DNA of 64,000 bases. It comes from Terriglobia bacterium (GTDB taxonomy: Bacteria; Acidobacteriota; Polarisedimenticolia; Polarisedimenticolales; CAVOVZ01). How positions within the stretch are numbered: the stretch's first letter is position 1; each line of letters opens with the position of its first letter. Where the stretch lies: contig CAVOVZ010000009.1 of NCBI GenBank assembly GCA_963699985.1, positions 41,100 to 105,099 of the forward strand, in the 5' to 3' direction. Shown piece after piece: positions 1 through 11,011 of the stretch. The notes below the pieces were generated by a model that saw only the letters and a list, made by a program, of their open reading frames with translations, searched no databases and was not told the origin of the DNA. Both the position numbers and the translations under genes were made by a program.

Positions 1-19
1 CGATGGTACGGTACAGATT

Positions 20-94
20 TGGTAGCGCTACGGGGATTCGAACCCCGGTTTGGTGGCTGAGAACCACCCGTCCTAACCCCTAGACGATAGCGCC
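20..94 (-). tRNA. tRNA-Glu (anticodon CTC)
   Basis: Minus-strand cloverleaf read by hand. Acceptor GGCGCTA/TAGCGCT, D-arm TCGTCTAGGGGTTAGGAC, anticodon stem GGTGG/CCACC with loop TTCTCAG, T-arm CGGGG-TTCGAAT-CCCCG, encoded CCA. Confidence 0.85.
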
Positions 95-417
95 GCCGCG
101 CATTATAAAAGCCGTTTCCGAGGTGTCAAGGCGGCGGCCATTCCAGGTGTTTCGAAGCAGAGTAACGAGACGATGCTGCGAATCGGGGACGGCAACCGAA
201 CCTCGCCGGAACGCGACTCGTTCAGATCACGAGGCGTTGTGCGAGTTTCGGTTCCGGTCCCCGATTCGCTTCGATTCAGCTCCTCCTCACTTCCCTGCCG
301 TACACCCGCCCCTTCCCTTGACCTGCGGCGGAGGCGGAATAGATTGAATCATCGCCGGAATCCCGGCGGCCCTTCCGAGCGAGGGCCGGGGGCGGCTCAG
401 ATGGTGCGAAGGACCGA

Positions 418-2928
418 ATGAGTTCCCGAGGGTGGACGAGCGGCCGGGGGGGCTTCTTCGCCTTTCGGTGGTTGTTCCTCGCGCTGACCGCGCTCCAGCT
501 CGTTTCCGACGCGCGGATCGGGTTCTCGTCCGTACTCGCGGTGGCCCCGTTGGCCGTCTGTGCCATCGTCGCGCATTTCCTGCCCTCCGTTCTCCTCGAG
601 CGAGGCCTGACGTTTCGCGGATTCGTCCTCGTGGACACGGCGCTCGTCACGTTCGTTCTGCTGGGGGCGGGAACTCCGGGCTCTCCGTTCTGGCTGATTC
701 CCTCCGTCCTCGCCTTGTCGGTGCTCGCCGCGGTGCTTCTGAGAGAGAGGATCCCATCCGCTCTCGCGGCAACCGGCCTCCTCGTCCTGGCGGTTCACGT
801 TGCGCGGCAGGTCGGGGCGGACATCCCGTGGAGCACGGCCGTCACGGGGGTGGGGCTGCTCTACGCGGGTGTCCTGTACGCCTTCGCCGGCTCCTCTCTC
901 GCCCGAGCGGTCGAAGAGCGCGCGAGCGGAGCCCGCAGCGACAGCCAAGAACTGCGTGCTCTGCTCGAGATCACGGAAACGGTGACCGGCACCCTGGACC
1001 TCCACCGGGTCATGGCCTCGATCGTTCAGCGGGTGGGGGAGTTCGTGCGTGCCGACCGATGTTCCATTCTGCTGGTGGACGAGAAGCTCCGCGACTGCTT
1101 CGTGGTCGCGGCGAGCGATCGTCCCGACGTGGACATGCTGGAGGTGGATCTCCAGAAATACCCGGAAATACAGCGCGCCCTGGAGACGCGCGAGCCGGTG
1201 GTGGTCGAGGACGTCGCCGGCGATCCCGTCGTCGCGTCGGTCCGGGATGTGCTCCTGGGACACGGGTATCGATCGATGATGGTCCTTCCCCTGGTGTTCG
1301 GGAAGGAGGTTCTCGGAACGCTGTTCCTGCGCGCCACGCGGGGGGAGCGGTTCACCGCCGAGGAGATCCGGTTCTGCAAGGTGAGCGCGGGGGCGTCGGC
1401 CAACGCTCTGAAGAACGCCCTCCTGTACCGAGACGTGACCATGGAGGCTGCGCGACATCGGACGACGGGGGAGAAGCTGCGTCGGCTCCTGGATTGCAGT
1501 CCGGACATGATCGTCGCCACCGATCGGGAGGGCAGGATCGACGAATTCAACCGGGGCGCCGTTCAGATCACCGGAATGCTCGGGAGCGAGGCGGTCCGAA
1601 AGACCCTGGGCGAGGTGCTCGGGCAGGAGGTGGACGATTCGACCGACTCGGTTCCCGCGCACCTCGACCTGCGATTCCGGAGGCGCGACGGAAGCGACGT
1701 GGAGATCAGCCTGAGGAACGCCCCCCTGGTCGGCATGGACGGCGAGCCCGAGGGGCGTGTCTGGGTCGGACGGGACATGACCGAGCTGCGCCGTTTCGAG
1801 CGGACCCTCGCTCAGGCCGAGCGCCTCTCGAGCCTCGGCGAGGTGGTGGCGGGCGTCGCCCACGAGCTCAACAACCCGCTCACGGGAGTGCTCGGATACG
1901 CTCAGATGCTCTCGGCGAACGCCCGGGACGGCAAGCTCCGCGAGGACCTCGATCGAATCGTCGACTCCGCGGTCCGGTGCAGGAAGATCGTGCTCAATCT
2001 CCTCTCGTTCGCCCGGCAGCACGCGCCCGAGCGCAGGTTCCAGGACCTGAACGAGTGCGTGAGCAAGGTCCTGGATCTGAAGGCCTACCACCTGCGTGCA
2101 GCCCGCGTGCAGGTGGCGCTGCAGCTGGACCCGTCCATCCCGAAAACTCTCCTGGATCCGCACCAGATGGAGCAGGTGATCCTGAACCTGGTGAACAACG
2201 CCGAGCAGGCGATCGCATCCCTCGCTCGCGCGGGCACCATCGAGATCCGAACGCTGCGGTGGGCGGACCGGGTTTGCGTCGAAGTTCGCGACGACGGGCC
2301 GGGCGTGCCTTCGGCGGTCCGCGACCGGATCTTCGATCCGTTCTTCACGACGAAGGAGATCGGTCAGGGGACGGGCCTCGGGCTGTCCGTTTCGTACGGG
2401 ATCGTGCAGGAGCACGGGGGCAGCATCGAGCTGCTTCCGTCGGGACCCAACGGAGGAGCGGCCTTCCGGGTCTCACTGCCGATTCTCGCGCCGCAGGACG
2501 GGGCCCGGGCCGAGATCGAGCCGGGGCCCGACGCGGAGCTCAGCCCTCTCCGTGGATGCAGGATCCTCGTTGCCGAGGACGAGCCGGTCGTGCTCGACTT
2601 CTTCTCCAGGGTTCTCGAGAAAGAAGGCGCGCTCGTGACGCAGGCCCACGACGGTCACGAAGCGTGGGAGTTCCTGGCGGGCGCCGACTTCGACCTGGTG
2701 GTGGCCGACCTGAGGATGCCGAAGCTCGACGGCCAGGAGCTGTACCAGAGGGTCGCGGAGGAGCGGCCGGAGATGATCCATCGCTTCGTGTTTTCCACAG
2801 GCGACCTCGTCCGCCAGGAGACGCTTCGGTTCCTCGAGAATGTCCCGAACCGGATCCTCACCAAGCCGCTGGACATGGAAACCGTCCGGCGCGTGCTCGG
2901 ACAGGCGGTGAAAGGCTGGCCCGGATAG
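418..2928 (+). CDS. Hybrid sensor histidine kinase: N-terminal membrane segments, GAF, PAS, HisKA, HATPase_c and a C-terminal receiver
   Basis: 836-aa ORF. Hydrophobic N-terminus; GAF-like block ([29 protein letters not shown]); PAS ([17 protein letters not shown]). H-box [14 protein letters not shown]-boxes DDGPGVP and GTGLGLS, receiver RILVAEDEP...[14 protein letters not shown]. Confidence 0.9.
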   Translation: MSSRGWTSGRGGFFAFRWLFLALTALQLVSDARIGFSSVLAVAPLAVCAIVAHFLPSVLLERGLTFRGFVLVDTALVTFVLLGAGTPGSPFWLIPSVLALSVLAAVLLRERIPSALAATGLLVLAVHVARQVGADIPWSTAVTGVGLLYAGVLYAFAGSSLARAVEERASGARSDSQELRALLEITETVTGTLDLHRVMASIVQRVGEFVRADRCSILLVDEKLRDCFVVAASDRPDVDMLEVDLQKYPEIQRALETREPVVVEDVAGDPVVASVRDVLLGHGYRSMMVLPLVFGKEVLGTLFLRATRGERFTAEEIRFCKVSAGASANALKNALLYRDVTMEAARHRTTGEKLRRLLDCSPDMIVATDREGRIDEFNRGAVQITGMLGSEAVRKTLGEVLGQEVDDSTDSVPAHLDLRFRRRDGSDVEISLRNAPLVGMDGEPEGRVWVGRDMTELRRFERTLAQAERLSSLGEVVAGVAHELNNPLTGVLGYAQMLSANARDGKLREDLDRIVDSAVRCRKIVLNLLSFARQHAPERRFQDLNECVSKVLDLKAYHLRAARVQVALQLDPSIPKTLLDPHQMEQVILNLVNNAEQAIASLARAGTIEIRTLRWADRVCVEVRDDGPGVPSAVRDRIFDPFFTTKEIGQGTGLGLSVSYGIVQEHGGSIELLPSGPNGGAAFRVSLPILAPQDGARAEIEPGPDAELSPLRGCRILVAEDEPVVLDFFSRVLEKEGALVTQAHDGHEAWEFLAGADFDLVVADLRMPKLDGQELYQRVAEERPEMIHRFVFSTGDLVRQETLRFLENVPNRILTKPLDMETVRRVLGQAVKGWPG

Positions 2929-3163
2929 ATCACGAGGATCCTGCCGCGACCGACTTCGGCGGGCTCAGTCGAGCCGCGGATCCGACCATGCGGACGGGCG
3001 TCCTCTGGCCTCGGACCCTGCGACGTACTGTTCGTGTACGCCTCGGGTCCTCGCCCCTGCGGTCGCCCGTCATCACGGCCTGCTGCGGGGTCTCGCGACG
3101 GACCTTCGTGAGTGATCCGGCGTAGCCCGGCCCGGGGCGCGGGCGGCGAGCTACAATTCGGGC

Positions 3164-3877
3164 ATGGACCCTCGCGTTCCCGCCGCCGACTCCCGCTTCG
3201 AGGACTACCCGCTCACGCGCCTGGAGTACATCAACGTCATGGTGCACTTCTATCGGGGCGAGGTTGCCCGGTCGACCGCGTGGAGGGCCCGGCTCGACGC
3301 CACGACGAACTGGGCGGTGCTGACCACGGCGGGAATTCTGTCGTTCTCGTTCGCGTCGCACGACCATCCCCACGTGTTGCTCCTGCTGTCGAACCTGCTC
3401 ATCATCGCGTACCTGATCATCGAGGCGCGCCGGTTTCGTTACTTCGTCGTCTACCGCTCGCGGGTGCGCATGATCGAGGAGAACTTCCTGATTCCCATCG
3501 TCACGCGCCAGCTCGAGTCCCCTCTGGCGCAGTGGCGGGAGCTCCTGGCCATGGACCTCGACCTGCCGAAGCACAAGACGACGCTCGTGCAGGCCGTCGC
3601 CTTCCGCCTCCGGCGCAACTACGTGTGGATCTTCCTGATGATGCTCGGAGGATGGTTCGTGAAGCTGACGATCCACCCCGAGATGGCCAACACTGGCGCG
3701 GAGATCTGGAGCCGGATGCAGGTGGGGCCCATCCCCCCCGGCGGGATCCTCGCCGGCGCGGCGGTGTTCTACGCGCTCCTGTTCTCCATCGTTTGGTACG
3801 GCCGGAGACTGAGCGCTGGGGAGCCGGATGACGAGATCGCCGGACTGGAGCGCAACCTCGAGCAGTGGAAGCGCTGA
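3164..3877 (+). CDS. Integral membrane protein, DUF2270-like
   Basis: 237-aa ORF with ATG start. Motif RSTAWRARLDATTNWAVLTTAGILSF followed by several hydrophobic helices. Family name is from memory, not searched. Confidence 0.6.
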   Translation: MDPRVPAADSRFEDYPLTRLEYINVMVHFYRGEVARSTAWRARLDATTNWAVLTTAGILSFSFASHDHPHVLLLLSNLLIIAYLIIEARRFRYFVVYRSRVRMIEENFLIPIVTRQLESPLAQWRELLAMDLDLPKHKTTLVQAVAFRLRRNYVWIFLMMLGGWFVKLTIHPEMANTGAEIWSRMQVGPIPPGGILAGAAVFYALLFSIVWYGRRLSAGEPDDEIAGLERNLEQWKR

Positions 3878-3914
3878 CGGGGCGCCGCATCGAGCGGCAC
3901 CCCGTCTCGCGCCG

Positions 3915-4304
3915 TCACTCCTCGCTGCCCGGTAGCGGCATCTCCCGCTCGAACCAAGGAGCCGGACGCACGTCGTCCCGGCGAACGGGGATGTCTGTCG
4001 CCATCGGCAGAGGCATGGGTGTCGTCGGCCTCTGGGTCGGGGTCATCCGCTCGGGACGCGTCGGTGCGGTTCGCGGCTTCCCGGCAGCGGGTTTGGTCCG
4101 CACCGGCGCCTTCGCCCGTTTCGGCGCCGCTGCTTTCTTTCGGGCAGGAGCCTTCGTCTTGACGGGTGCCTTCTTCCGGGATGTCGCCTTGCGCGGCGAG
4201 GCGGTTTTCTTTCGCGGAGCGGTCTTGCGCGCAGCCTTCTTCTTGACAGCCTTTTTCACGGTCGCCTTCTTGACGGCCGGTTTTCGCTTCCGTGGGTTTG
4301 CCAT
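3915..4304 (-). CDS. Lys/Ala/Pro-rich histone H1-like basic protein
   Basis: Internal ATG at 4304 of the 304-aa track ORF, preceded by GGAGG (rc of cttgcctcc). The product starts MANPRKRKPAVKKATVKKAVKKKAARK. The upstream part of the track ORF is translated repeat array and is not coding. Confidence 0.7.
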   Translation of the reverse strand: MANPRKRKPAVKKATVKKAVKKKAARKTAPRKKTASPRKATSRKKAPVKTKAPARKKAAAPKRAKAPVRTKPAAGKPRTAPTRPERMTPTQRPTTPMPLPMATDIPVRRDDVRPAPWFEREMPLPGSEE

Positions 4305-4412
4305 CTTGCCTCCTATTTGCGGTGTCCCGTTCCCCCGGACGACGGGAAAATCGCTCGGCCGCGGATTATACCGTCGGCGCCGGATCGTGCGTACCGGAAT
4401 ATGAGCTTGGTT

Positions 4413-4786
4413 TACGGGGCTGCGCCCCGACACCTCCGGAGGAAACAGCCCAACCGGAGCGATGCCGGTCCGCCGGCGTCGCGGAGGGCGGGAGCGGGGG
4501 TTCGGGGGCAGAGCCCCCGAGAGCTGTTTCTTAAGAGCGGCCGCACGGGGCGGGCGCCCCGACACCTCCGGAGGAAACAGCCCAACCGGAGCGATGCCGG
4601 TCTGCCGGCGTCGCGGAGGGCGGGAGTGGGGGTTCGGGGGCAAAGCCCCCGAGTATCTGTTTCTTAAGAGCGGCCGCACGGGGCGGGCGCCCCGACACCT
4701 CCGGAAGAAACAGCCCAACCGGAGCGATGCCGGTCCGCCGGCGTCGCGGAGGGCGGGAGCGGGGGTTCGGGGGCGGAGCCCCCGTT
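4413..4786 (-). repeat. Tandem array A of the ~132-bp repeat family (about 2.8 units)
   Basis: The CCCCGACACCTCCGGA motif recurs at 4425, 4557 and 4690 (period 132-133). It is the reverse complement of the units at 36.4-39.9 kb, with several substitutions. Confidence 0.9.
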
Positions 4787-5082
4787 CCGCTGATTTCCAA
4801 GGGCTTGGAATCGGGGACCCAATCGACACCCGCCAGCACGCAACTCATTCAAACCACGGGTCGTAGTGCGAGCTGCGACTGCTGTCCCCGATTCGCAGCG
4901 TCGTCTCCTGGCTTTCCTGTCGTGCACCCATGAAGCTCCCGTCCGCCGGCTGTGGAAAAAAGCCCCGACAGAACTACCGAGGTTCGCTCCCAGTGCGGCG
5001 GAACGTGCGGTCGGTCTTTTTCCACAGGGGCAGTCTGACTGTGGAAATCTCTCCCGGGTCGCCGGGCGAGAGGAGGGGAAGG

Positions 5083-6099
5083 TCAGCGCCCGGCCTGGGC
5101 CGAGTACCTTCGTTTCAGCGCCGGTACGAACTCGTCCTCCAGAGCCTCCCGAAGACCGAGTCGTGGGGAGAAACCCCAGTCGCGCCGGGCAGCCCCGTCA
5201 TCCACGTCGCCCGGCCACGTGTCCACGATCGCCTGCCGCTCGGGTACCGGCTCGAACGAGATGCGGGCAGAGGGGTAGTGCGCGAGGACCGCCTCCCGGA
5301 TCTCGGCCGCCGACGGGCCGAACGCCCGGATGTTGTACACCCGGGTCGAAAGCGACTCCGAAGGGGCCGCGGCGAGCCGGAGAAACGCGTCGACCGCGTC
5401 GCTCATGGTCATGAACGGGAGTCGCGTGTCGGCGCTCACGAAGCACGCGTACGGTCTGCCCTGCGCCGCCGCGTGCATCATCTCGGGGCCGTAGTCGCTG
5501 GTGCCTCCCGAGGGAATCGTCTCCGCGCTGATCAGCCCCGGGAAACGGATCGCCCGGAAATCGATTCCGGCGCGTCCCTCGCGAGTCGCGCGCGCGGTGT
5601 AGTACGTCCCCAGCATCTCGCACTGACGCTTGTTGATTCCATACAGCAGAGACGGCCGATCCCACTCGAACTCGGTGACGGCGCCCGCCGCGTCCTTCGT
5701 CGCGCGGTCGGGGAAGCCGTAGACGGCGATGCTGCTGGGAAACAGGAACCGCACGTGACGTCCCATGGTGCGGGCGTCGTCGCGGCAGAGTCGGAGGAGG
5801 CCGACGGTTCCGCCCACGTTGACGTCGTACGCGAGGTCCGGATCGGTTTCCGCCTTCGTGGAAAGAACCGCGGCCAGATGGAAGACCAGGACCGGGTGGT
5901 GGCGGCGAACGATGCCTTGCATCACATCGGCGTCCAGAATGCTCGCCCGCACCGCTTCGAGGCACTGCGAGCCGAGCGTCGCAGGCAAGGGCGCCAGGTC
6001 CAGAGCGACCGCTTCGTATCCGCTCCGATTCAAGGCGGGAACGAGGAGGTGCCCCATTTCGCCGCCGGCTCCGGTCACCAGCGCCACGGGTTTCGTCAC
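5083..6099 (-). CDS. NAD-dependent epimerase/dehydratase family protein (extended SDR)
   Basis: 338-aa ORF. N-terminal Rossmann motif VALVTGAGGEMGHLL and overall SDR-like layout. Confidence 0.8.
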   Translation of the reverse strand: MTKPVALVTGAGGEMGHLLVPALNRSGYEAVALDLAPLPATLGSQCLEAVRASILDADVMQGIVRRHHPVLVFHLAAVLSTKAETDPDLAYDVNVGGTVGLLRLCRDDARTMGRHVRFLFPSSIAVYGFPDRATKDAAGAVTEFEWDRPSLLYGINKRQCEMLGTYYTARATREGRAGIDFRAIRFPGLISAETIPSGGTSDYGPEMMHAAAQGRPYACFVSADTRLPFMTMSDAVDAFLRLAAAPSESLSTRVYNIRAFGPSAAEIREAVLAHYPSARISFEPVPERQAIVDTWPGDVDDGAARRDWGFSPRLGLREALEDEFVPALKRRYSAQAGR

Positions 6100-6228
6100 G
6101 GCCGGTTCCTCCGCTTCGCGGAGAGGATATCAGGCGGCTCCGAACGCCACAGGTCGGAAAGAGGACGGAAACGCTCCGTTCGCGAGGGCCCGGGAGAAGG
6201 CGTCCCGACCCGCGTTCTCAGCCTCCGA

Positions 6229-7224
6229 TCAAGAGCCGATGACGAGGACCCCGGTCCCGTCGAGCCGGTCTTCCTCGAGCGCGATCAGCGCCTCGTTCGC
6301 CTGCGCGAGCGGGAAGGGAACCACGCGGGGCCGGACGGGGACCCTCGCGGCCTCCCGAAACAGACCGGCCCCGTCTTCTCGGGTGTTCGCTTCCACGCTC
6401 CGGAGGTTCTTCTCGTGGAACAGGCATTCCTCGTAGGCCATTTCCGGTACCGGGGTCATGTAGATCCCCGCGAGAGCGACGGTCCCGCCCGACCGCACCG
6501 CGTGGAGCGCCACCGGCACCAGCGGGCCGACCGGAGCGAACACGATGGCGGAATCCAGGCGGACGGGCATGGGCGCGTCCGACTCGCCGACCCAGGCTGC
6601 GCCCATCCGCCGCGCCAGCTCCCGGTGTCGCTCGCCGCGCGTCGCCACGAAGACCTCGCACCCCCGGTGAAGAGCGATCTGAAGCACGATGTGCGCGGAG
6701 GAGCCGAAGCCGTACAGGCCGAGCCTGCCCCTCGGAGGCACGGCGCTGCGCTCCAGGGCGCGGTACCCGATGATGCCGGCGCACAGCAGCGGGGCGGCCT
6801 CGCGGTCCGCGAACGAATCCGGGATCGGGTACGCGTAGTCCTCGTGCACCACCGTCAACTCGGAGAATCCGCCGTTCTCGTGGTAGCCCGTGTACCGCGA
6901 CTCCGCGCAGAGATTCTCCGAGCCCGACGAGCAGAAGGCGCAAGCGCCGCACGTCGCGCGAAGCCACGCGATCCCGACCCGGTCGCCGACCCGGAAGCGA
7001 CCGCAGCCGTCGCCGAGCCCTTCGACTCGTCCGACGACCTGATGCCCGGGAATCAGCGGGAGACGGCGCGCCGGAAGATCGCCTTCGATGACGTGCAGGT
7101 CGGTGCGGCAGATCGCGCAAACAGCGACGCGAACGAGAATCTCGCGGGCACCAGGCACGGGATCGGGGAGTTCCGAAAGAACGAGAGGCGAGTCGAGCAC
7201 CGGACCCTGCGCCCGCAGCAGCAT
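6229..7224 (-). CDS. Zinc-dependent alcohol dehydrogenase family protein
   Basis: Motifs VAVCAICRTDLHVIEGDL, GHQVVGRV and the structural-Zn Cys cluster CGACAFCSSGSENLC. Start moved to the ATG at 7224 because the longer track ORF overlaps tRNA-Gln. Confidence 0.85.
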   Translation of the reverse strand: MLLRAQGPVLDSPLVLSELPDPVPGAREILVRVAVCAICRTDLHVIEGDLPARRLPLIPGHQVVGRVEGLGDGCGRFRVGDRVGIAWLRATCGACAFCSSGSENLCAESRYTGYHENGGFSELTVVHEDYAYPIPDSFADREAAPLLCAGIIGYRALERSAVPPRGRLGLYGFGSSAHIVLQIALHRGCEVFVATRGERHRELARRMGAAWVGESDAPMPVRLDSAIVFAPVGPLVPVALHAVRSGGTVALAGIYMTPVPEMAYEECLFHEKNLRSVEANTREDGAGLFREAARVPVRPRVVPFPLAQANEALIALEEDRLDGTGVLVIGS

Positions 7225-7246
7225 GCCCCGCACGGCGCTAGGTACC

Positions 7247-7320
7247 TGGCTGGGGAGCAGGGATTCGAACCCCGATTCTACGGTCCAGAGCCGCATGTCC
7301 TACCATTGGACGACTCCCCA
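7247..7320 (-). tRNA. tRNA-Gln (anticodon CTG)
   Basis: Minus-strand cloverleaf. Acceptor TGGGGAG/CTCCCCA, D-arm TCGTCCAATGGTAGGAC, anticodon loop CTCTGGA, T-arm GGGGTTCGAATCCC, encoded CCA. Confidence 0.85.
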
Positions 7321-7404
7321 GCGACCGCGGATCGACCGTAAGGTATAACCGGCGCCTTGCGCCGGTCAAGGCGAGCGGCGGCGGGTGCGTCGCGCCTCGA
7401 GGCG

Positions 7405-8865
7405 TCATCCTTCGGAGCGGAGTTCGAGGTGGCGCAGCAGCCGCTCGAGGCGAGACAGGCTCCGCTCTCGGCCCAGGAGCTCGAGCATTTCGAACACCCC
7501 CGGACTCGCTCCGCGTCCGGTGACGGCGAGCCGGGCGGGGTGGATGAGCCGTCCGGCGGTGATCCCCAGCCCCTCTGCGAGATCCCGCAGCGTCCGCTCG
7601 AGAGCGGGCGCCGACCACGATTCGACGTCGACGAGCCGATCCCGCAGCGCCCGGAGGTTGCCGGCGACGCCGGATCCCTGGAGGTGCTTTCGCGCTGCGG
7701 CTTCGTCGTAGGGAACCTCGTCCGAGCCATCGAGCAGCGGCCGCGCCGCCTCCGGAAACTCGGCGAGCGTGCGGCATCGGGACTGATAGAGCGCGAGCAC
7801 CGCCAGGAGCCAGTCCTTCCGGTCCGACGCGAATCGCTCGTCCCAGAGTCCCGCGGACTCCAGGCGGGGGCGAACCTCGTCGAGAAGGAGCTCCGGGGGG
7901 AGGGCGGACAGGTACTGGCCGTTGAGCCACTCGAGCTTCTTGAGGTCGAAGACGGCGGGCGAGATCCCGACCCCGGAGAAGTCGAAAGCGCCAACCATCT
8001 CGTCGCGGGTCATCTTCTGCCGATCGTCGCCGGGAGACCAGCCCAGAAGGGCGAGGAAGTTGAACACGGCGTCCGCCAGATAGCCTTGCTCCCGATACTC
8101 GAGGACGGAGGTCGCCCCGTGTCGCTTGGAGAGTCGCTTCTTGTCCTCTCCCAGGATCAGCGGAAGATGGGCGAAAACCGGAGGTTCCTGTCCAAGGGCG
8201 CGGAACAGCAGGATCTGCTTCGGCGTGTTTGAGATGTGGTCGTCGCCTCGCACCACGTGCGTGATTGCCATGGCGATGTCGTCGGAGACCACCGAGAGCA
8301 TGTACGTCGGTGTTCCGTCCGAGCGGAGGAGGACGAAGTCCTCGAGGACGCGGTGGTCGAAGACCGTGGGCCCGTGGACCAGGTCATTCCAGGCGGTCGA
8401 GCCAGGAGGGACCTTGAAGCGCAGGGCATGGGAGTCGCCGGCGGCTGCCCGGCGGGCGCTCTCTTCCGGCTCCACGTCCCGGCAGCCTCGAGGGCACGCG
8501 TAGGTTCTCCCCTCCCGCTCCGCCGCCTCCCGCGCGCACTGCGTCTCGTCGGGGGTGCAGAAGCACCGGTAGGCGCAACCGGCCTCCCGCGTGCGCTCGG
8601 CGTCGGCGACATGGCGCTCCCGAAAACGCGACTGGAAGAACGGGCCCTCGTCCGGGTGCATGCCGAGCCAGCTCATCCCGTCGAGGATCGCGCGGACGAC
8701 GGAGTCCGACGAGCGCTCCAGGTCCGTGTCCTCGATGCGAAGGACGAACACACCCCCGGAGCGTCGCGCGAAGAGCCAGTTGAAGATCGCGGTGCGAGCC
8801 CCGCCGACGTGGAGGAAGCCCGTGGGGCTGGGCGCGAACCGAACGCGGGGGACGGTGGGGGCCAT
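7405..8865 (-). CDS. gltX: Glutamate--tRNA ligase
   Basis: N-terminus RVRFAPSPTGFLHVGGARTAIFNW (HIGH-type) and KLSKRHG (KMSKS-type). Start chosen at the ATG at 8865, 4 nt after the glnS stop; the track ORF start at 8895 is also possible. Confidence 0.9.
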   Translation of the reverse strand: MAPTVPRVRFAPSPTGFLHVGGARTAIFNWLFARRSGGVFVLRIEDTDLERSSDSVVRAILDGMSWLGMHPDEGPFFQSRFRERHVADAERTREAGCAYRCFCTPDETQCAREAAEREGRTYACPRGCRDVEPEESARRAAAGDSHALRFKVPPGSTAWNDLVHGPTVFDHRVLEDFVLLRSDGTPTYMLSVVSDDIAMAITHVVRGDDHISNTPKQILLFRALGQEPPVFAHLPLILGEDKKRLSKRHGATSVLEYREQGYLADAVFNFLALLGWSPGDDRQKMTRDEMVGAFDFSGVGISPAVFDLKKLEWLNGQYLSALPPELLLDEVRPRLESAGLWDERFASDRKDWLLAVLALYQSRCRTLAEFPEAARPLLDGSDEVPYDEAAARKHLQGSGVAGNLRALRDRLVDVESWSAPALERTLRDLAEGLGITAGRLIHPARLAVTGRGASPGVFEMLELLGRERSLSRLERLLRHLELRSEG

Positions 8866-8869
8866 GCGG

Positions 8870-10624
8870 TCAGCCGTTCTGTTGCCGGGCCTCAATCTTC
8901 GCCCACGTGTCCCGGAGTCCTACGGTCCGATTGAAGACCAGCGCGCCCGGCTTGGAGTCGATGGGATCCGCGCAGAAGTACCCCTGTCGCTCGAACTGGT
9001 ATCGGGACCCCGGAGCGGCGGCAGAGAGACCCTGCTCGAGCTTGCAGCCCTTCAGAACCACCAGCGAATCCGGATTCAGCGACGAGAGCCAGTCTTCCCC
9101 CCCGGGGTTCTCGGCGGTGAACAGGTGGTCGTACAGTCGCACCTCGGCCGAGGCGGCACGGGTCGCGCAGACCCAGTGCAGCGTGGATTTCACCTTCCGC
9201 CCGTCGGGTGCGTCGCCGCCCCGCGTTGCGGGGTCGTAGGTGACGCGGATCTCCGTCACCTCGCCCGTGGCACTGTCCTTCGAGAATCCGGTGCAGCGGA
9301 CCAGGTACGCGCCGCGGAGGCGGACTTCGCGCCCAGGAGCCAGCCTCCAGTACTTGGGCGGAGGATCCTCGCGGAAATCGTCCCTCTCCAGGTACAGGAC
9401 TCGGGAGAACGGGAGCCGCCGGGTCCCCAGGGACGGGTCCTCGGGGCTCGCCGGAACCTCGAACTCCTCCGTCTGCCCTTCGGGGAAGTTCTCCACGACG
9501 ACCCGGACCGGACGAAGCACCGCCATCGCCCGTGGGGCGCGGCGGTTGAGGTCCTCGCGGACCGCGTGCTCGACCAGCGCGATGTCGACGACGCTGTCCC
9601 GCTTGGCCACGCCGATCCGGTCGCAGAACGCACGGATCGCCTCCGGTGTGTACCCCCGCCGGCGCATCCCGCTGATCGTGGGCATGCGCGGGTCGTCCCA
9701 CCCAGAGACGAGCCCCCCCTGGACGAGTGCCAGGAGCTTGCGCTTGCTGAGCACCGTATGGGTGACGTTCAGCCTCGCGAACTCGATCTGCTGCGGATGA
9801 CAGGGGACCGGAAGCCGGTCCAGCACCCAATCGTAGAGAGGGCGGTGGTCCTCGAACTCGAGCGTGCAGATGGAGTGTGTGATCCCCTCCAGCGCGTCCG
9901 AGATGCAGTGGGTGTAGTCGTACATCGGATAGACCACCCACCGGTCGCCCGTCCGGTGGTGGTGGGCCCGCCGGATGCGGTACAGCGTCGGGTCGCGCAT
10001 GTTGATGTTCGGGGAGGTCATGTCGATCTTCGCCCGAAGCACGTGGGCTCCATCCTCGAACTCTCCGGCCCGCATGCGACGGAACAGGTCCAGGTTCTCC
10101 TCGATCGAGCGGTCCCGGTACCGGCTCTCGCGCCCTGGCTCCGTGAGGGTTCCCCGGTGCTCGCGGATCTCGTCGGGGGTCAGGCTGTCCACGTACGCTT
10201 TGCCGAGCCGGATGAGCTGCTCGGCGTAGTCGAAGAGCTTCTCGAAGTAGTCGGAGGCAAAGTAGAGCCGGTCCCCCCAGTCGAAGCCGAGCCACCGAAC
10301 GTCCTCGATGATCGACTGGACGTACTCGACCTCTTCCTTCGTCGGGTTCGTGTCGTCGAAGCGGAGATTGCAGGTTCCGCCGAACTCCTGCGCGATTCCG
10401 AAATTCAGGCAGATGGACTTGGCGTGTCCGATGTGAAGATACCCGTTCGGCTCGGGCGGAAAGCGGGTGGCGACGCGACCGCCGTGCTTGCCCGACCCCT
10501 GGTCCTCGGTGACGATCGTCCGGATGAAATCTCGCGAAGCGGCTGCTGCGACCTCCGGCGGAGCGGGCGAAGCTCCCGGCTCGCGACCGCCGGGGGGGCC
10601 GGTGGGACGGTGGGCATTCTCCAT
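8870..10624 (-). CDS. glnS: Glutamine--tRNA ligase
   Basis: [32 protein letters not shown] and VLSKRKL motifs. Start taken at MENAHRP (ATG at 10624); upstream in-frame starts reach 10717. Confidence 0.9.
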   Translation of the reverse strand: MENAHRPTGPPGGREPGASPAPPEVAAAASRDFIRTIVTEDQGSGKHGGRVATRFPPEPNGYLHIGHAKSICLNFGIAQEFGGTCNLRFDDTNPTKEEVEYVQSIIEDVRWLGFDWGDRLYFASDYFEKLFDYAEQLIRLGKAYVDSLTPDEIREHRGTLTEPGRESRYRDRSIEENLDLFRRMRAGEFEDGAHVLRAKIDMTSPNINMRDPTLYRIRRAHHHRTGDRWVVYPMYDYTHCISDALEGITHSICTLEFEDHRPLYDWVLDRLPVPCHPQQIEFARLNVTHTVLSKRKLLALVQGGLVSGWDDPRMPTISGMRRRGYTPEAIRAFCDRIGVAKRDSVVDIALVEHAVREDLNRRAPRAMAVLRPVRVVVENFPEGQTEEFEVPASPEDPSLGTRRLPFSRVLYLERDDFREDPPPKYWRLAPGREVRLRGAYLVRCTGFSKDSATGEVTEIRVTYDPATRGGDAPDGRKVKSTLHWVCATRAASAEVRLYDHLFTAENPGGEDWLSSLNPDSLVVLKGCKLEQGLSAAAPGSRYQFERQGYFCADPIDSKPGALVFNRTVGLRDTWAKIEARQQNG

Positions 10625-10745
10625 GGATCCGATCCCTCGATCTCGCCGCGCGCGAGCAGGAGGCGCCGGGGAAGGCCTCGCATCCATCGCAGCGCGCGCT
10701 CCCGCCGCGCCGAGCATTCGCGAGGCACCGAGAACCCGGCCTCAT

Positions 10746-10839
<94 letters not shown>

Positions 10840-11011
10840 GTAGGCCGACACGTTTCCGAGCGCTCGATCCCGGATCGCGGCGCTGGATTGTAGCGCACCG
10901 ACTCCGGGCGTCAACCGAGGTCCACCCCTCGCTTTTCCGTCGCCTGCCCGGCGGCCGTATACTTCCCGACCGCCGGGCGCCGAGCGCGCCGGCCGTGCGC
11001 GAGGCCCTTCG

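Noticed and set aside
1-19. Possible fragment of another tRNA at the window edge next to tRNA-Glu
   Set aside because: Only 19 nt are available and no recognisable arm can be reconstructed.
397-2415. Long antisense ORFs opposite well-supported genes (for example 397..2415-, 11288..13681-, 29896..32490-, 32079..34154-, 45770..47713+, 62583..63983-, 4930..7341+)
   Set aside because: Each lies antisense or out of frame to a gene with clear family motifs. Their compositions are dominated by Arg/Gly/Pro/Asp, as expected for shadow ORFs in high-GC DNA.
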